Source: Abditibacterium sp. (GTDB taxonomy: Bacteria; Armatimonadota; Abditibacteriia; Abditibacteriales; Abditibacteriaceae). From it: a stretch of DNA of 64,000 nt. The position numbers were made by a program, and so were the translations under genes. Positions within the stretch are counted from its first letter, which is position 1. The number at the start of each line of letters is the position of its first letter. The DNA lies in NCBI GenBank assembly GCA_965246885.1, contig OZ251992.1, positions 2,208,001 through 2,272,000 on the forward strand. Reading direction: 5' to 3'. The notes beneath the pieces are model-generated. The model searched no databases. It was not told the origin of the DNA and saw nothing but the letters and a program-made list of their open reading frames with translations. Below, piece after piece: positions 9,979 through 18,869 of this stretch.

Positions 9979-12696
9979 TTAGCGGCGCCCTGCTCCCCCG
10001 TTATACGGCTCGATGGTGACAACGCTCGCGGCGCCTGCGAACTCAATCGCCAAGCGTCCATGCGCGTCCGCGACGACGGTGAGCGTATCCGTCGCGCCGT
10101 TGCCCCGAACAGTTTTGCCCTTGGGCACCTCGCCGGGGTTGCCTATTTCCGTCACCATGACGCGGTGCCGACTGCGCGGAGGACAACGATACCCATCTGG
10201 TGAATCCACCACCGTCACGCGGAAGTTCGCAACCCCATCCGGCGCGAGGGGTTGCCAGCCGACACCGTTCATCGGCGCCGCGACTTGGATCGTGTCTCCC
10301 CACACCCGTAGCGTCAGCTTGCCTGCCGCCTCGCCCGTAATCTGGCCCGTCACGCCGCCCCCGCCTTGGTTCTGAATAGCGACCGGGCGCATCCGGCACA
10401 CCGTTTGACTTCCCGCCGCCACCGTCGAAAACAGCGACAAAGGCCGCGTCCGTGATTCCACATCGTCGGCATCGGCCACTGGAGAGGGGCGCGCGGCGCC
10501 ATTGGTCAACGCCGACGCGGGGAGCATCCGCGTCAGGGCGTTCGACCACAGCCAGTCTCCGGTGCCGGTCGTGTCAAGGGCGACATTGCGCGTCGCGGCC
10601 CCCGCATCGTGATTGAGGAAGGCGATGCTGGACGGACGGTTGATGGTTTCGGGGAAGCGCGTCGTTCCCAAGCGCGTTCCGGCAGGAAACGGTGTGAGAG
10701 CGTCGGTTCCGATCGCCAAGTTTGCGCCGCGCGCCAGAATATCGCCGAACAAGGGATCAAAGCCGAACTGTCCCGGTCGCCATGTCGCCCACAAGCGAAA
10801 GGGTGCGAACACGAAAAAGCCGCGCCCAACCGGAGCCAGCGACAAAGCCACGCGGCTCGCGGGCGCGGCGGTGCCCTCGCCACCATAACCGCTCGGAACA
10901 ACCATCGAAGGGCCACTCGCCACCGTCGCGGCATTGGCGGGCGCGGGCGCGAAACCCACCGGGCCGGAAAACGCGCTGTCGTCGTCCCCATCGCCGCGCG
11001 AGAGAATCATACCGGGGCGCTCGTCGAGCATCTTACTCCATGTTGGCAAAAGCGGATGCCCTGCTGCGCCGCGCAGGTTAAAGGCGTTCTGGCGCACTTC
11101 AAATGGCCCGACGCCGCCCGCCAAGAGCGCCATTTGCGGTGGCAGAGCGCTCGCGCTTCCTCCGTTTTGCAGTGCGCCCAAACCCAAATCGGCCACCAAC
11201 ACGCCGCCGCCCTTCATCCAATCGGTTAACTTTTGCGCGGCATCGGGCGGGCAGTCGAGCATCTGCGGCGCCAGAATCGTCGCATATTTGGACAAGTCCA
11301 CGCTCGCCAAGTCGCCCGACGAAAGATAATCCACGCTCCCAAACGCTGTTCCCCAGCGCAACGACGCCACCAAGTTGGACGGTTCCCCCGTCGCCAAGCC
11401 GTCGCCAAAGCCATACAAGCCGCGCGGCGCGGCACTTTCGACACTTTGGCCCAACTGCGGAGATGCGCCCTCGGCCAACGGCTCCAGTAGCACGGCGACT
11501 GTTGCGAGCGGCGCCTCGGTGTCTAAAGGCGCCGCTCTAAAACGCGCGAGCGTTTTAGAGACGGCTTGGAGCAACTCCGGGTTGCGTTCAAGCGCGCCAA
11601 ACGAGTCAAACGCGATTCCCCGCGCTCCGTGCGCGAGCGCCGCCTCGACCCAACGCGGCAACAGTTGGGCGACCGCCGCCGAAGTCAATTCCCCGCGCGG
11701 CGCGAGCGAAAAGCGGGCGACCGCCACGCGCGTTCCTCCCCGGCGCGCGATGTCTACGGCCTGCGGGTTGCCCGTCACAATGTCCGGCTCCGCGAGGTTG
11801 GGCGAGGCGCCCGCGACGGCCACATCCACGCCTTCTGGCATTGCCAACAACTGCGCGTAGTCGGGGCAAACGCCCGAAAAAACGGGGTGTTTCGCATCGC
11901 TCCCGCGCACCGTCGCCGCCCAGAGAGTCATCAACTCCGCCCAACTGCTCGCTTTGTAATCGGCCAACGCCAGCGCCGCCGGAGCGAACGCGGCGTTTGG
12001 ATCGGACTCCGCGCCGAGCGAACCGAGCGCGGGTAGCATCCCTTTGGCCCCGCCCGCGATGCGCTCGCGCCACGCTTTGACGAGCGCGTCCACATCCGAG
12101 ACGGCGACGGAATCGAAGTCGGCGTAATTGGTGCCCCAGCGCGCGTTGAGCGCCTCGACCGACGCGAAATGCGACGACAAATAGCGGCGAAACCCGGCAT
12201 CGTCGAAGGTGGCGATGGCGCGCGCGTCATCGGGGAGCATCCAACCCGCGAGGCCCGGCGTGTCGAGGAGCGCGGTGGCGGCGCTTTGCGCCCAGTTTGT
12301 CCACAGCGCGGAGTAGGAGGGCGAATCGGCGCCGATTCGCGCCACGCTCAAACCGTCCGGGGCGGCGGGCAGGGCGAAGATAATCTTCAAGCCGCGTTTG
12401 GCGCCTTCGACAGCGAGGGCGCGCTGTGGGCCGAAATTGGCGTCGAAGAGGGCGTTGTCGGCGCCCGCCCGCCAAGGGAGAGGAATGACGAGAGTGTCGA
12501 ACCCCGCCGCGACATAAGCGGGTAAGTCGCTTTGGTCGGCGACGCCCGCGCACCAGAAAAAGCGCGCGCCCGTCAGGTCAAAGCGCGGCGCCACGAGGCC
12601 AGTGGGCGGCGGCCCCGCCTCTCCCTGCGCCCACGCGGGGACGCCGCACAAAACAAGGCCCACGATGAGGGCGCGGGCAACGAGAAGAAGGCGCAT
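9979..12696 (-). CDS. Secreted GH42/beta-galactosidase-like protein
   Basis: Signal peptide, FRRYL...LNARWGTNY..F motif and trimerisation-like domain. ATG overlaps the tatC stop (TGATG). Confidence 0.6.
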   Translation of the reverse strand: MRLLLVARALIVGLVLCGVPAWAQGEAGPPPTGLVAPRFDLTGARFFWCAGVADQSDLPAYVAAGFDTLVIPLPWRAGADNALFDANFGPQRALAVEGAKRGLKIIFALPAAPDGLSVARIGADSPSYSALWTNWAQSAATALLDTPGLAGWMLPDDARAIATFDDAGFRRYLSSHFASVEALNARWGTNYADFDSVAVSDVDALVKAWRERIAGGAKGMLPALGSLGAESDPNAAFAPAALALADYKASSWAELMTLWAATVRGSDAKHPVFSGVCPDYAQLLAMPEGVDVAVAGASPNLAEPDIVTGNPQAVDIARRGGTRVAVARFSLAPRGELTSAAVAQLLPRWVEAALAHGARGIAFDSFGALERNPELLQAVSKTLARFRAAPLDTEAPLATVAVLLEPLAEGASPQLGQSVESAAPRGLYGFGDGLATGEPSNLVASLRWGTAFGSVDYLSSGDLASVDLSKYATILAPQMLDCPPDAAQKLTDWMKGGGVLVADLGLGALQNGGSASALPPQMALLAGGVGPFEVRQNAFNLRGAAGHPLLPTWSKMLDERPGMILSRGDGDDDSAFSGPVGFAPAPANAATVASGPSMVVPSGYGGEGTAAPASRVALSLAPVGRGFFVFAPFRLWATWRPGQFGFDPLFGDILARGANLAIGTDALTPFPAGTRLGTTRFPETINRPSSIAFLNHDAGAATRNVALDTTGTGDWLWSNALTRMLPASALTNGAARPSPVADADDVESRTRPLSLFSTVAAGSQTVCRMRPVAIQNQGGGGVTGQITGEAAGKLTLRVWGDTIQVAAPMNGVGWQPLAPDGVANFRVTVVDSPDGYRCPPRSRHRVMVTEIGNPGEVPKGKTVRGNGATDTLTVVADAHGRLAIEFAGAASVVTIEPYNGGAGRR

Positions 12697-13727
12697 CAAA
12701 GCCATTTCACAATCCAGATAGACAGCAAATACAGCAGACACGGCGGAAGCGCGCACGCCGTCATAGTGAGCGGATCCCACGTCGGCACCACGAACGCCAC
12801 GAGGGTGAAGATAACCACAACGGCGTGCCGCCAATACTGAATCAACAGGTTGCGCGACACAATCCCAGTCTTGTTAAGAAAGATGGTCAAGACCGGCACC
12901 TGAAACGCGATGCCGAAGATAAGTAGCGTCTTCGCTATTAGTACCATTGATGTGTAATAATCCCAGTTTGCCGCCACACCCGTTGGCTGGAAGGCGAGGA
13001 AGAAGTTGAGGAACATGGGCGTCATTAGATAGCCCATCCCGACGCCCATAAAAAATAGCGCGCTTGAAAGGGGCACTAAAACGAGTGTGTATTTGCGTTC
13101 CTTGTTAGTCAGCGCCGGTTCCAAGAATCTCCAAACTTGAAACAACAGGAATGGCATCGTTAAGATAAGCGCCGATACGAGGGAGACTTGCAGGTATATC
13201 TCAAAGAACCCGGTCGGATTCATCGAAACGGGTGTGCCTCTTCCTTTGAGTGCTTGTTTAATTGGGTGTCCGAACCACTCAGAGATGGCGAGGCTTCTAC
13301 TCCAAGTGAAGATCATCGCAATGCCTACGGCGGCGACGCAATACAATATCCGCGCGCGCAGTTCCGCCAAGTGCGCCCATAGCCCCATTTCCTCGTCGCG
13401 GGGCGTGTTGGGGTCGGGGGCGTATGTCCCGCTTCCACCCGCCGATGTCGGCGGCTCGCCGCCGCCACTACCGCCAAAAGCAGATACGTCTGTAGTCGCG
13501 TCGCGCGCGTCTGTCACCGATTCCCAGACATCTGTCGTCGCGTCGCGCACGTCTGTCAACGGCTGGCGCATGTCTGTCGTCGCGTCCGGGGAAGCGGCGG
13601 ACGCGTCGCCGCCCTCCGGCGTTGGTTCGACGGGGTCGGTGGATAGGAGGCGGCGCGCGGCGCGCTCGCCTTCGGCGGGCCGCAATACAAGAGGGGAGGA
13701 ATGACCGTTGGACGCGGAATCGGGCAT
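12696..13727 (-). CDS. tatC: Twin-arginine translocase TatC with long N-terminal extension
   Basis: HLAELRAR, QVWRFLEPALT.KE, FGIAFQVP and P.WDP motifs. Confidence 0.95.
   Translation of the reverse strand: MPDSASNGHSSPLVLRPAEGERAARRLLSTDPVEPTPEGGDASAASPDATTDMRQPLTDVRDATTDVWESVTDARDATTDVSAFGGSGGGEPPTSAGGSGTYAPDPNTPRDEEMGLWAHLAELRARILYCVAAVGIAMIFTWSRSLAISEWFGHPIKQALKGRGTPVSMNPTGFFEIYLQVSLVSALILTMPFLLFQVWRFLEPALTNKERKYTLVLVPLSSALFFMGVGMGYLMTPMFLNFFLAFQPTGVAANWDYYTSMVLIAKTLLIFGIAFQVPVLTIFLNKTGIVSRNLLIQYWRHAVVVIFTLVAFVVPTWDPLTMTACALPPCLLYLLSIWIVKWL
13481..13578. repeat. Five 21-bp-period units ending (G/A)TCTGT(C/A) inside tatC
   Basis: Units start at 13481, 13502, 13523, 13544 and 13565. They encode DATTDMRQPLTDVRDATTDVWESVTDARDATTDV. 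Confidence 0.8.
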
Positions 13728-13760
13728 GAGGTTAAGTTTGAGGGCGCGGGAGCCAACGGG

Positions 13761-14870
13761 TCAAAGCAGCGCCAGTTGCTCGCCCATCGCGGCATCGCGC
13801 GGCGCGAAGCGATCGAACAAGCGGCGCATCATCGAAGGCATCGCTAAAACGTGCGCTTCTTTAGCGTCAAACCAACGAAGAACAGCGCACTCCCCAAAGG
13901 GCGCGACGCTTATACGCCAACATTCGAGTTCGATGGTGTAGCGCGTGACGCCATGTTTGACCGTCGCGGCGCGGTTTTGGGGCGCGAACAATGCGCCCAG
14001 TTCTTGACCCAAGCGAATTAGCGCGTCCTGCGCCGACTCGCCCGCTCCTCGCGTGGTGCGAGGCAACTCCCACATGCCGCGCCACCAGATTTTGGCGTCG
14101 TCCGGGCGTTGGCGGAGCAAGACGCGCCCCCTCCCGTCAACGGCCAAGGCGCACACGTCGAACAGGGGCGTCGGCGCGGGGCGGGGCGGGATAAAGGGCA
14201 ACTCGTTTTGGCGACCTTGGCGCTTCGCCTCGCACAACCCCGCGACGGGACAGATGGAACAGCGCGGGCTTTTCGGGGTGCAGATAAGGGCGCCCAACTC
14301 CATTATGGCGGGGTTGACGGTGCGCGGCTCAACGTTTGGAACTGCGACGACGTTGGCGGCGGCGTCCCATAACGCCGCTTGGTTGGCGGCGGATTTGAGA
14401 TCGCCTTCGAGGGCCAATACCCGTCCCAAGACGCGGGCGACGTTGGCGTCCACGATAGGCGCGCGGTCGTTGAAAGCGATGGACGCGACCGCGCCCGCCG
14501 TGTAGCGTCCCACGCCGGGAAGCGCGAGCAGAGCGGCCAAATCGCGCGGGAAGACGCCGCCGTGCTCGGCGACAATGACCTTGGCTGCGCGCTGCAAGTT
14601 GCGGGCGCGGGCGTAGTAGCCCAACCCCGCCCATTGCGCTAAGACATCCGCTTCGGGCGCGGTGGCAAGGGAGGCGACGTCGGGGAAACGAGCCAAGAAG
14701 CGTTCATAGAACGGCCCAACGGCGGCGACGGTGGTCTGCTGAAGCATGACTTCCGACACGAGGATTCGGTAGGGGTCACTCGCGTTGTGGGCGTGGCGCC
14801 ATCCCAAGTCGCGCTGCCAGACGGGAAACCACGCGGCCAACTGTCGCGCGAAGAGCAAGGGGGAAAACAT
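13761..14870 (-). CDS. mutY: A/G-specific adenine glycosylase
   Basis: VSEVMLQQT, WAGLGYYARARNL, HhH LPGVGRYTA, VDANVARV, Fe-S motif CTPKSPRCSICPVAGLC and C-terminal NUDIX-like domain. Confidence 0.97.
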   Translation of the reverse strand: MFSPLLFARQLAAWFPVWQRDLGWRHAHNASDPYRILVSEVMLQQTTVAAVGPFYERFLARFPDVASLATAPEADVLAQWAGLGYYARARNLQRAAKVIVAEHGGVFPRDLAALLALPGVGRYTAGAVASIAFNDRAPIVDANVARVLGRVLALEGDLKSAANQAALWDAAANVVAVPNVEPRTVNPAIMELGALICTPKSPRCSICPVAGLCEAKRQGRQNELPFIPPRPAPTPLFDVCALAVDGRGRVLLRQRPDDAKIWWRGMWELPRTTRGAGESAQDALIRLGQELGALFAPQNRAATVKHGVTRYTIELECWRISVAPFGECAVLRWFDAKEAHVLAMPSMMRRLFDRFAPRDAAMGEQLALL

Positions 14871-14904
14871 GGTGTCGTTTCTCCAGTTTCGTAAAACTCT
14901 CCTT

Positions 14905-15543
14905 GTGTCCCAAGCCCTCCAATCTCGTCCCGTGTTGTGGGCGCTCGCGTCCCTTTCGTTCGCCTGTCTGCTCGGCCACTTCTACGGTTTCTGGTCAATG
15001 AAAGTTTTTGCGCCTTGTGTGTTAATCCCCGCGACCGCTTTGCTGGTGGTGTTGGCGTGGAAGGGCGACGCGCAGACGCGCTTTATTATCGTGCAGGGCG
15101 CTTTGGCGGGCTTGTTCGCGGCGGTGCTGTATGACCTGTTTCGCGTTCCGTTCGTGCTCGCGGGCAAGCCGCTTTTTGGGGTGTTTCCGCAGTTCGGGCA
15201 ACTGCTGCTGTATGGCCACTTGGTCAAGGGCGACAAGAGTCTGCCGGTTCAACTGGCGGGCTGGGCGTATCACTTCCAAAACGGCATGGCGTTGGGCATC
15301 ATGGGCGCCGCGATGATTCCCCCGACGGCAACGCCCAAAGCGCGCTTTTGGGCGTGCGTCTTGTGGGCGACGGGTGTGGAAGTGTTTCTGCTCGTGTCGC
15401 CGTATTATCACTACTTGGGATTGGAGATGCCGATGCGTCAGTTCGTGCCCATCACGCTCGCGGCGCACCTTGTTTTCGGGGCGGCTCTGGGCCTGTATTT
15501 TGGGCGGCGCTGGTTGGGCGCGGGGGCGTTACGGGCGGCTTAG
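14905..15543 (+). CDS. Hypothetical multi-pass membrane protein
   Basis: Several TM segments with YDLFR, GWAYHF.NG and AHLVFG. Start codon uncertain. Confidence 0.65.
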   Translation: MSQALQSRPVLWALASLSFACLLGHFYGFWSMKVFAPCVLIPATALLVVLAWKGDAQTRFIIVQGALAGLFAAVLYDLFRVPFVLAGKPLFGVFPQFGQLLLYGHLVKGDKSLPVQLAGWAYHFQNGMALGIMGAAMIPPTATPKARFWACVLWATGVEVFLLVSPYYHYLGLEMPMRQFVPITLAAHLVFGAALGLYFGRRWLGAGALRAA

Positions 15544-15560
15544 GTGGCGGTGCTGCGGTC

Positions 15561-15590
15561 ACTTCCTCCCGCCGAAGGGCGGGAGGAAGT
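15561..15590. terminator. GC-rich hairpin, possible terminator
   Basis: ACTTCCTCCCGCC/GGCGGGAGGAAGT perfect stem. Confidence 0.5.
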
Positions 15591-15605
15591 ATAACTTAGG
15601 GCGTT

Positions 15606-16160
15606 ATGGAAGATGAAAACCCCCTCGAAACACGGGAGCAACTGGAAGAGATGCGCGAGCACGCCAAGGCTGGCGGCTGGGTGCATTACCTGAGCATTAG
15701 CACCGCCATCATCGCGGTTCTGGCGGCGCTCGCCACGCTCTTGTCGGGCAACTACGCCAACGAAGCGTTGCTCCTCAAAAACAACGCCATCCTGAAGCAA
15801 ACTCTGGCGAGCGACCAGTGGAGTTACTATCAGGCCAAGGGCATCAAGCACGACATCGCCCAAGGTTTCCAAGAGTTAAAGCCCGGTGCGGCGCTCGCCG
15901 CGCGCATCGAGAAGCTCGCCTCCGAGCAGGAAGTCATCAAAACCAAAGCCGAGGGCTACGCCAAAGAAGCCGAAGCCGACAACAAGGAATCCGAAACCAA
16001 CCTCGAACACCATCACAAGTTGGCCATTGGCGTGACGCTCTTCCAAATCGCCATCGCCCTGTCCGCCATCGCCGCGCTGCTTCGGCAAAGACCAGTTTGG
16101 CTGCTTTCCCTTGTCGGCGCGGCGGTGGGCTTGTTCTTTCTGCTGGCAGGCGTGCGCTAA
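15606..16160 (+). CDS. DUF4337-family membrane protein
   Basis: TM, ASDQWSYYQAKGIK, coiled coil, then two TMs (FQIAIALSAIA). Confidence 0.85.
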   Translation: MEDENPLETREQLEEMREHAKAGGWVHYLSISTAIIAVLAALATLLSGNYANEALLLKNNAILKQTLASDQWSYYQAKGIKHDIAQGFQELKPGAALAARIEKLASEQEVIKTKAEGYAKEAEADNKESETNLEHHHKLAIGVTLFQIAIALSAIAALLRQRPVWLLSLVGAAVGLFFLLAGVR

Positions 16161-16697
16161 CTACTTGGCTGGTGCCGGTTTGGGCAAAAGCGGGAGAACC
16201 GCCGCTTCCAAGCTCTCGTTGGTCAGCGCGGGACGCCCGCCTCGGAAGATGGCGCGGATGACGCCTTGCCCATCCACAATGTAAGTTGCGGGCAGGCTGT
16301 CTATGTCGCCAAAACCGTTGGCCTTGGCATCGCAGAGCAGGGCGGCGGGAAAGGAGAATGTGCGCATGACCTTCGCTACCGCTTTGCGATCGTGCCGGTC
16401 GTCCACGCTTTCGCCAATCACTAAGACATCGCCCTTGTGAGCAGTGTAAAACGCCGAAAGAAGCGGCATTTCGGCGCGGCACGGCGGACACCACGTCGCC
16501 CAGAAGTGGACGACGACCACTTTACCCTTGCACGCCGCCAAGTCGAACGGTTGCCCGTCCATTTGTGGCCCGATTAAGGCCGGTGCCGTTTGGCCAACGG
16601 CGGGAGCCGCCGCGACGGGGCGGCTCCCAAGGGTGCACAGCGCGACTGCGCCCAAGCCAATCCGCGCCCAGTTGTGTTTGGAAAGAATGTGAGTCAT
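16161..16697 (-). CDS. TlpA-family thiol-disulfide oxidoreductase, exported
   Basis: HFWATWCPPCRAEMP, LPATYIVD and an N-terminal signal. Confidence 0.92.
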   Translation of the reverse strand: MTHILSKHNWARIGLGAVALCTLGSRPVAAAPAVGQTAPALIGPQMDGQPFDLAACKGKVVVVHFWATWCPPCRAEMPLLSAFYTAHKGDVLVIGESVDDRHDRKAVAKVMRTFSFPAALLCDAKANGFGDIDSLPATYIVDGQGVIRAIFRGGRPALTNESLEAAVLPLLPKPAPAK

Positions 16698-16706
16698 GGC
16701 CGGGTT

Positions 16707-17636
16707 TTAGCCGAAGTCGCGGCTGATGGTGAGTTTGAAGAGCGTGTTGGCGGTCAGTTGGTTGCCGCGCACGTTTTGGTAAATGGGGACGCCGACTTGC
16801 GCGAACACGCGCGTGCCGCCGAAGTGCGTTTCCAATCCCGGCGCGAGCAAGACGCGGTGGTAGCCACTGTCTTTGGGCGCCGAGCGGCTTCCCGAATCGC
16901 CCCTGCGATACGAGCCGATGAGTTGCAGGAGCGGCACGACCTTGGTTTTGCCCACGCGCAAGCCGGAATAGTACACGCCCGCCACCCCGTCCACTTCTGT
17001 GCCGGGATGGTAGTCGCCCCGACTGGCGACGGGCTGTTGCAGTTCGCCGTTGAGGAAGTAATTGAAGCGACTGCGTTCCGAGAAGCGGCTGGTCTTGAAC
17101 GCGCCCAACAGAACGTCGGTGCTGCCGCTTCCGATGCTCGTATCGGGGTCGAATCCCGCGTAAGAGGAGTCGCCCGTCGGAAGCTTGAGGCCATAAGTGA
17201 CGCCTGTTGACATATCCGGCGAGAAGCCGGTATAGATGCCGCGCAAGCGAATGTCGCCGATGCTGGCGTGGCGGAAGCTGACAAGGTTTCCGGTGTCGGC
17301 GTCGGTAGTGATAAAGCGGCGTTGCCAGTAAGGAACGTCGAGCATAACGCCGTTTTTGCGGTTGAACATGTACTGCGCGCCAACGGTGAAGAAGTTGGTG
17401 CGGATGCCCTTATCCGGGTTGTTGGCAGCCGGGGCGGATGAGGTGCCGCTCCGGTTGCGGTTCTGGTTCATGGTGTCGTATTCGACGTACGCCACGCCAC
17501 CGGGATGGTTGGGAAGCATGGTGCCGATAGAGACATCGAATACGCCGCATCCGCAAGCGCACGAATGAGCCGTACGCGGTGCGAGCGCCAGCAAAAGGGC
17601 GGCGCCCATTGGGGCCGTGAGAATGAATTTATTCAT
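16707..17636 (-). CDS. Putative outer-membrane beta-barrel (SphA/MetA-pathway-like) with N-terminal CACGC motif
   Basis: Signal peptide (AHS), CACGCGVFD, IGDIRL, GLKLPTGD, GSGSTD and amphipathic strands ending in SRDFG. Confidence 0.7.
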   Translation of the reverse strand: MNKFILTAPMGAALLLALAPRTAHSCACGCGVFDVSIGTMLPNHPGGVAYVEYDTMNQNRNRSGTSSAPAANNPDKGIRTNFFTVGAQYMFNRKNGVMLDVPYWQRRFITTDADTGNLVSFRHASIGDIRLRGIYTGFSPDMSTGVTYGLKLPTGDSSYAGFDPDTSIGSGSTDVLLGAFKTSRFSERSRFNYFLNGELQQPVASRGDYHPGTEVDGVAGVYYSGLRVGKTKVVPLLQLIGSYRRGDSGSRSAPKDSGYHRVLLAPGLETHFGGTRVFAQVGVPIYQNVRGNQLTANTLFKLTISRDFG

Positions 17637-17645
17637 GTTTTGGCT

Positions 17646-18290
17646 TTACAGGCGCGGGATGGCGCAACCCATTGCGGGGGCCTGCGCGCGCGGGACGGGT
17701 TTGCCCGCGACGACGGCGGCGAGGGCGTTGGCGAGGTCATGTTTCGTGGCGGCTTTGGGGTCGAAGGTTTCGTTGTCCACGCGGCCATGATAGCGGAGCA
17801 CGCCCGCGCGGTCGAAGAGGTAAACCTCCGAACTGGCGCGGCCATCGAGCATCTTCAGAAGGCTCTGATTTTGGTCAACGATGGCCGGATAGTCGAGCAA
17901 ATGGTTTTGCATGAAGCGCGCGATTTCGATGGGCTTTTGGCCGGGTGTGGCGAAAACATAGGCAACACGCAGACCCTTAGGGCTGTATTGCTTCGCCAAG
18001 TTCTTGATGCGTTCCTCGACGGCGACGACGCACGGACACTGCGTGTCGGCGAGGACAAAGAGGCCGATTTTGCCCTTGAACGAGGCTTTGGACAAGCCGC
18101 GTCCATCAAGTGTTTGGGCGGCGAAGGGCGGCATCGGCTGCCCAATGCGGGCGGTGGCAGAGGAGGAAGCGTGTGCGAAGTTTTTGGTTTCGGCTTTGAG
18201 TTGGCCGAACCCTTTTTTGGAGAAGTTGTGGGCGAGCGCGGGCGCCGCCAAGGCGCACAGCGCGGCAAGTGTGAGAATGTGTTTGTTCAT
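17646..18290 (-). CDS. Exported thioredoxin-fold (AhpC/TSA/redoxin-like) protein
   Basis: Signal peptide, CPCV, LRYHGRVD and C-terminal GCAI. Confidence 0.85.
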   Translation of the reverse strand: MNKHILTLAALCALAAPALAHNFSKKGFGQLKAETKNFAHASSSATARIGQPMPPFAAQTLDGRGLSKASFKGKIGLFVLADTQCPCVVAVEERIKNLAKQYSPKGLRVAYVFATPGQKPIEIARFMQNHLLDYPAIVDQNQSLLKMLDGRASSEVYLFDRAGVLRYHGRVDNETFDPKAATKHDLANALAAVVAGKPVPRAQAPAMGCAIPRL

Positions 18291-18296
18291 AGTTGA

Positions 18297-18324
18297 CCTC
18301 GACTTTCATAGGGCGAAAGCGAGG
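18297..18324 (-). promoter_or_regulatory. SD-sequestering mRNA hairpin
   Basis: On the minus strand, CCTCGCTTTC (18324-18315) pairs with GAAAG-T-CGAGG (18307-18297). The 3' arm contains GAGG 6 nt before the ATG at 18290. Confidence 0.7.
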
Positions 18325-18773
18325 GCAACGGGTGGGCCGCGATTGGAAAAGGCGCGGGCAAAGCGGCGCGCAGCGAAGTCGCGGCGCGCGGCACACGGGA
18401 CGGCGACGAGGGTGGCGAGGCGCGCGAGGTGTGTGGGCGATACCAACACTCCGGGCATCGCTCTAAGTAGCAGCGCTAAACACTGCGCGTCGTGCGCCAT
18501 TGGGCTGTGGGCGGCGAAGTGGAAGCGCGCGGTGGGCGCGCTTTGGGAACTTCCTTCGGGGTGCGGAGCGCAGAAGCAAATGGGCGCCCCCGATGCCGAG
18601 CGCAAAAGGCGCGGCTCGTGGTGCGCCGCGTCACAGGTCGCGTGAGCGTGCCCGCCCAGTTCGCAGATGTGCCACGTCGGGGCGACGAACGAGAGCAGGG
18701 CCAGCATCGCCACGAAAAAGCGCAACTGACGCGGGAAGCGCTCGAACCAACTCCGTCCCGACAACATGAGCAC
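18306..18773 (-). CDS. DUF2946/CruR-like His/Cys-rich leader protein with C-terminal RGPP motif
   Basis: N-terminal hydrophobic helix, WHICELGGHAHATCD..HH..PICFCAPH, and NRGPP 7 codons before the stop. Confidence 0.7.
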   Translation of the reverse strand: MLMLSGRSWFERFPRQLRFFVAMLALLSFVAPTWHICELGGHAHATCDAAHHEPRLLRSASGAPICFCAPHPEGSSQSAPTARFHFAAHSPMAHDAQCLALLLRAMPGVLVSPTHLARLATLVAVPCAARRDFAARRFARAFSNRGPPVALAFAL

Positions 18774-18869
18774 TCAGTTAAACGCTTTGGTGCCGCGCGA
18801 AAACGCCCGGTTTGCTCTGAACTGAACCGCGCAAAAGCGTTGCTACACTTCCCTTCCCAAAGGCCCGCT

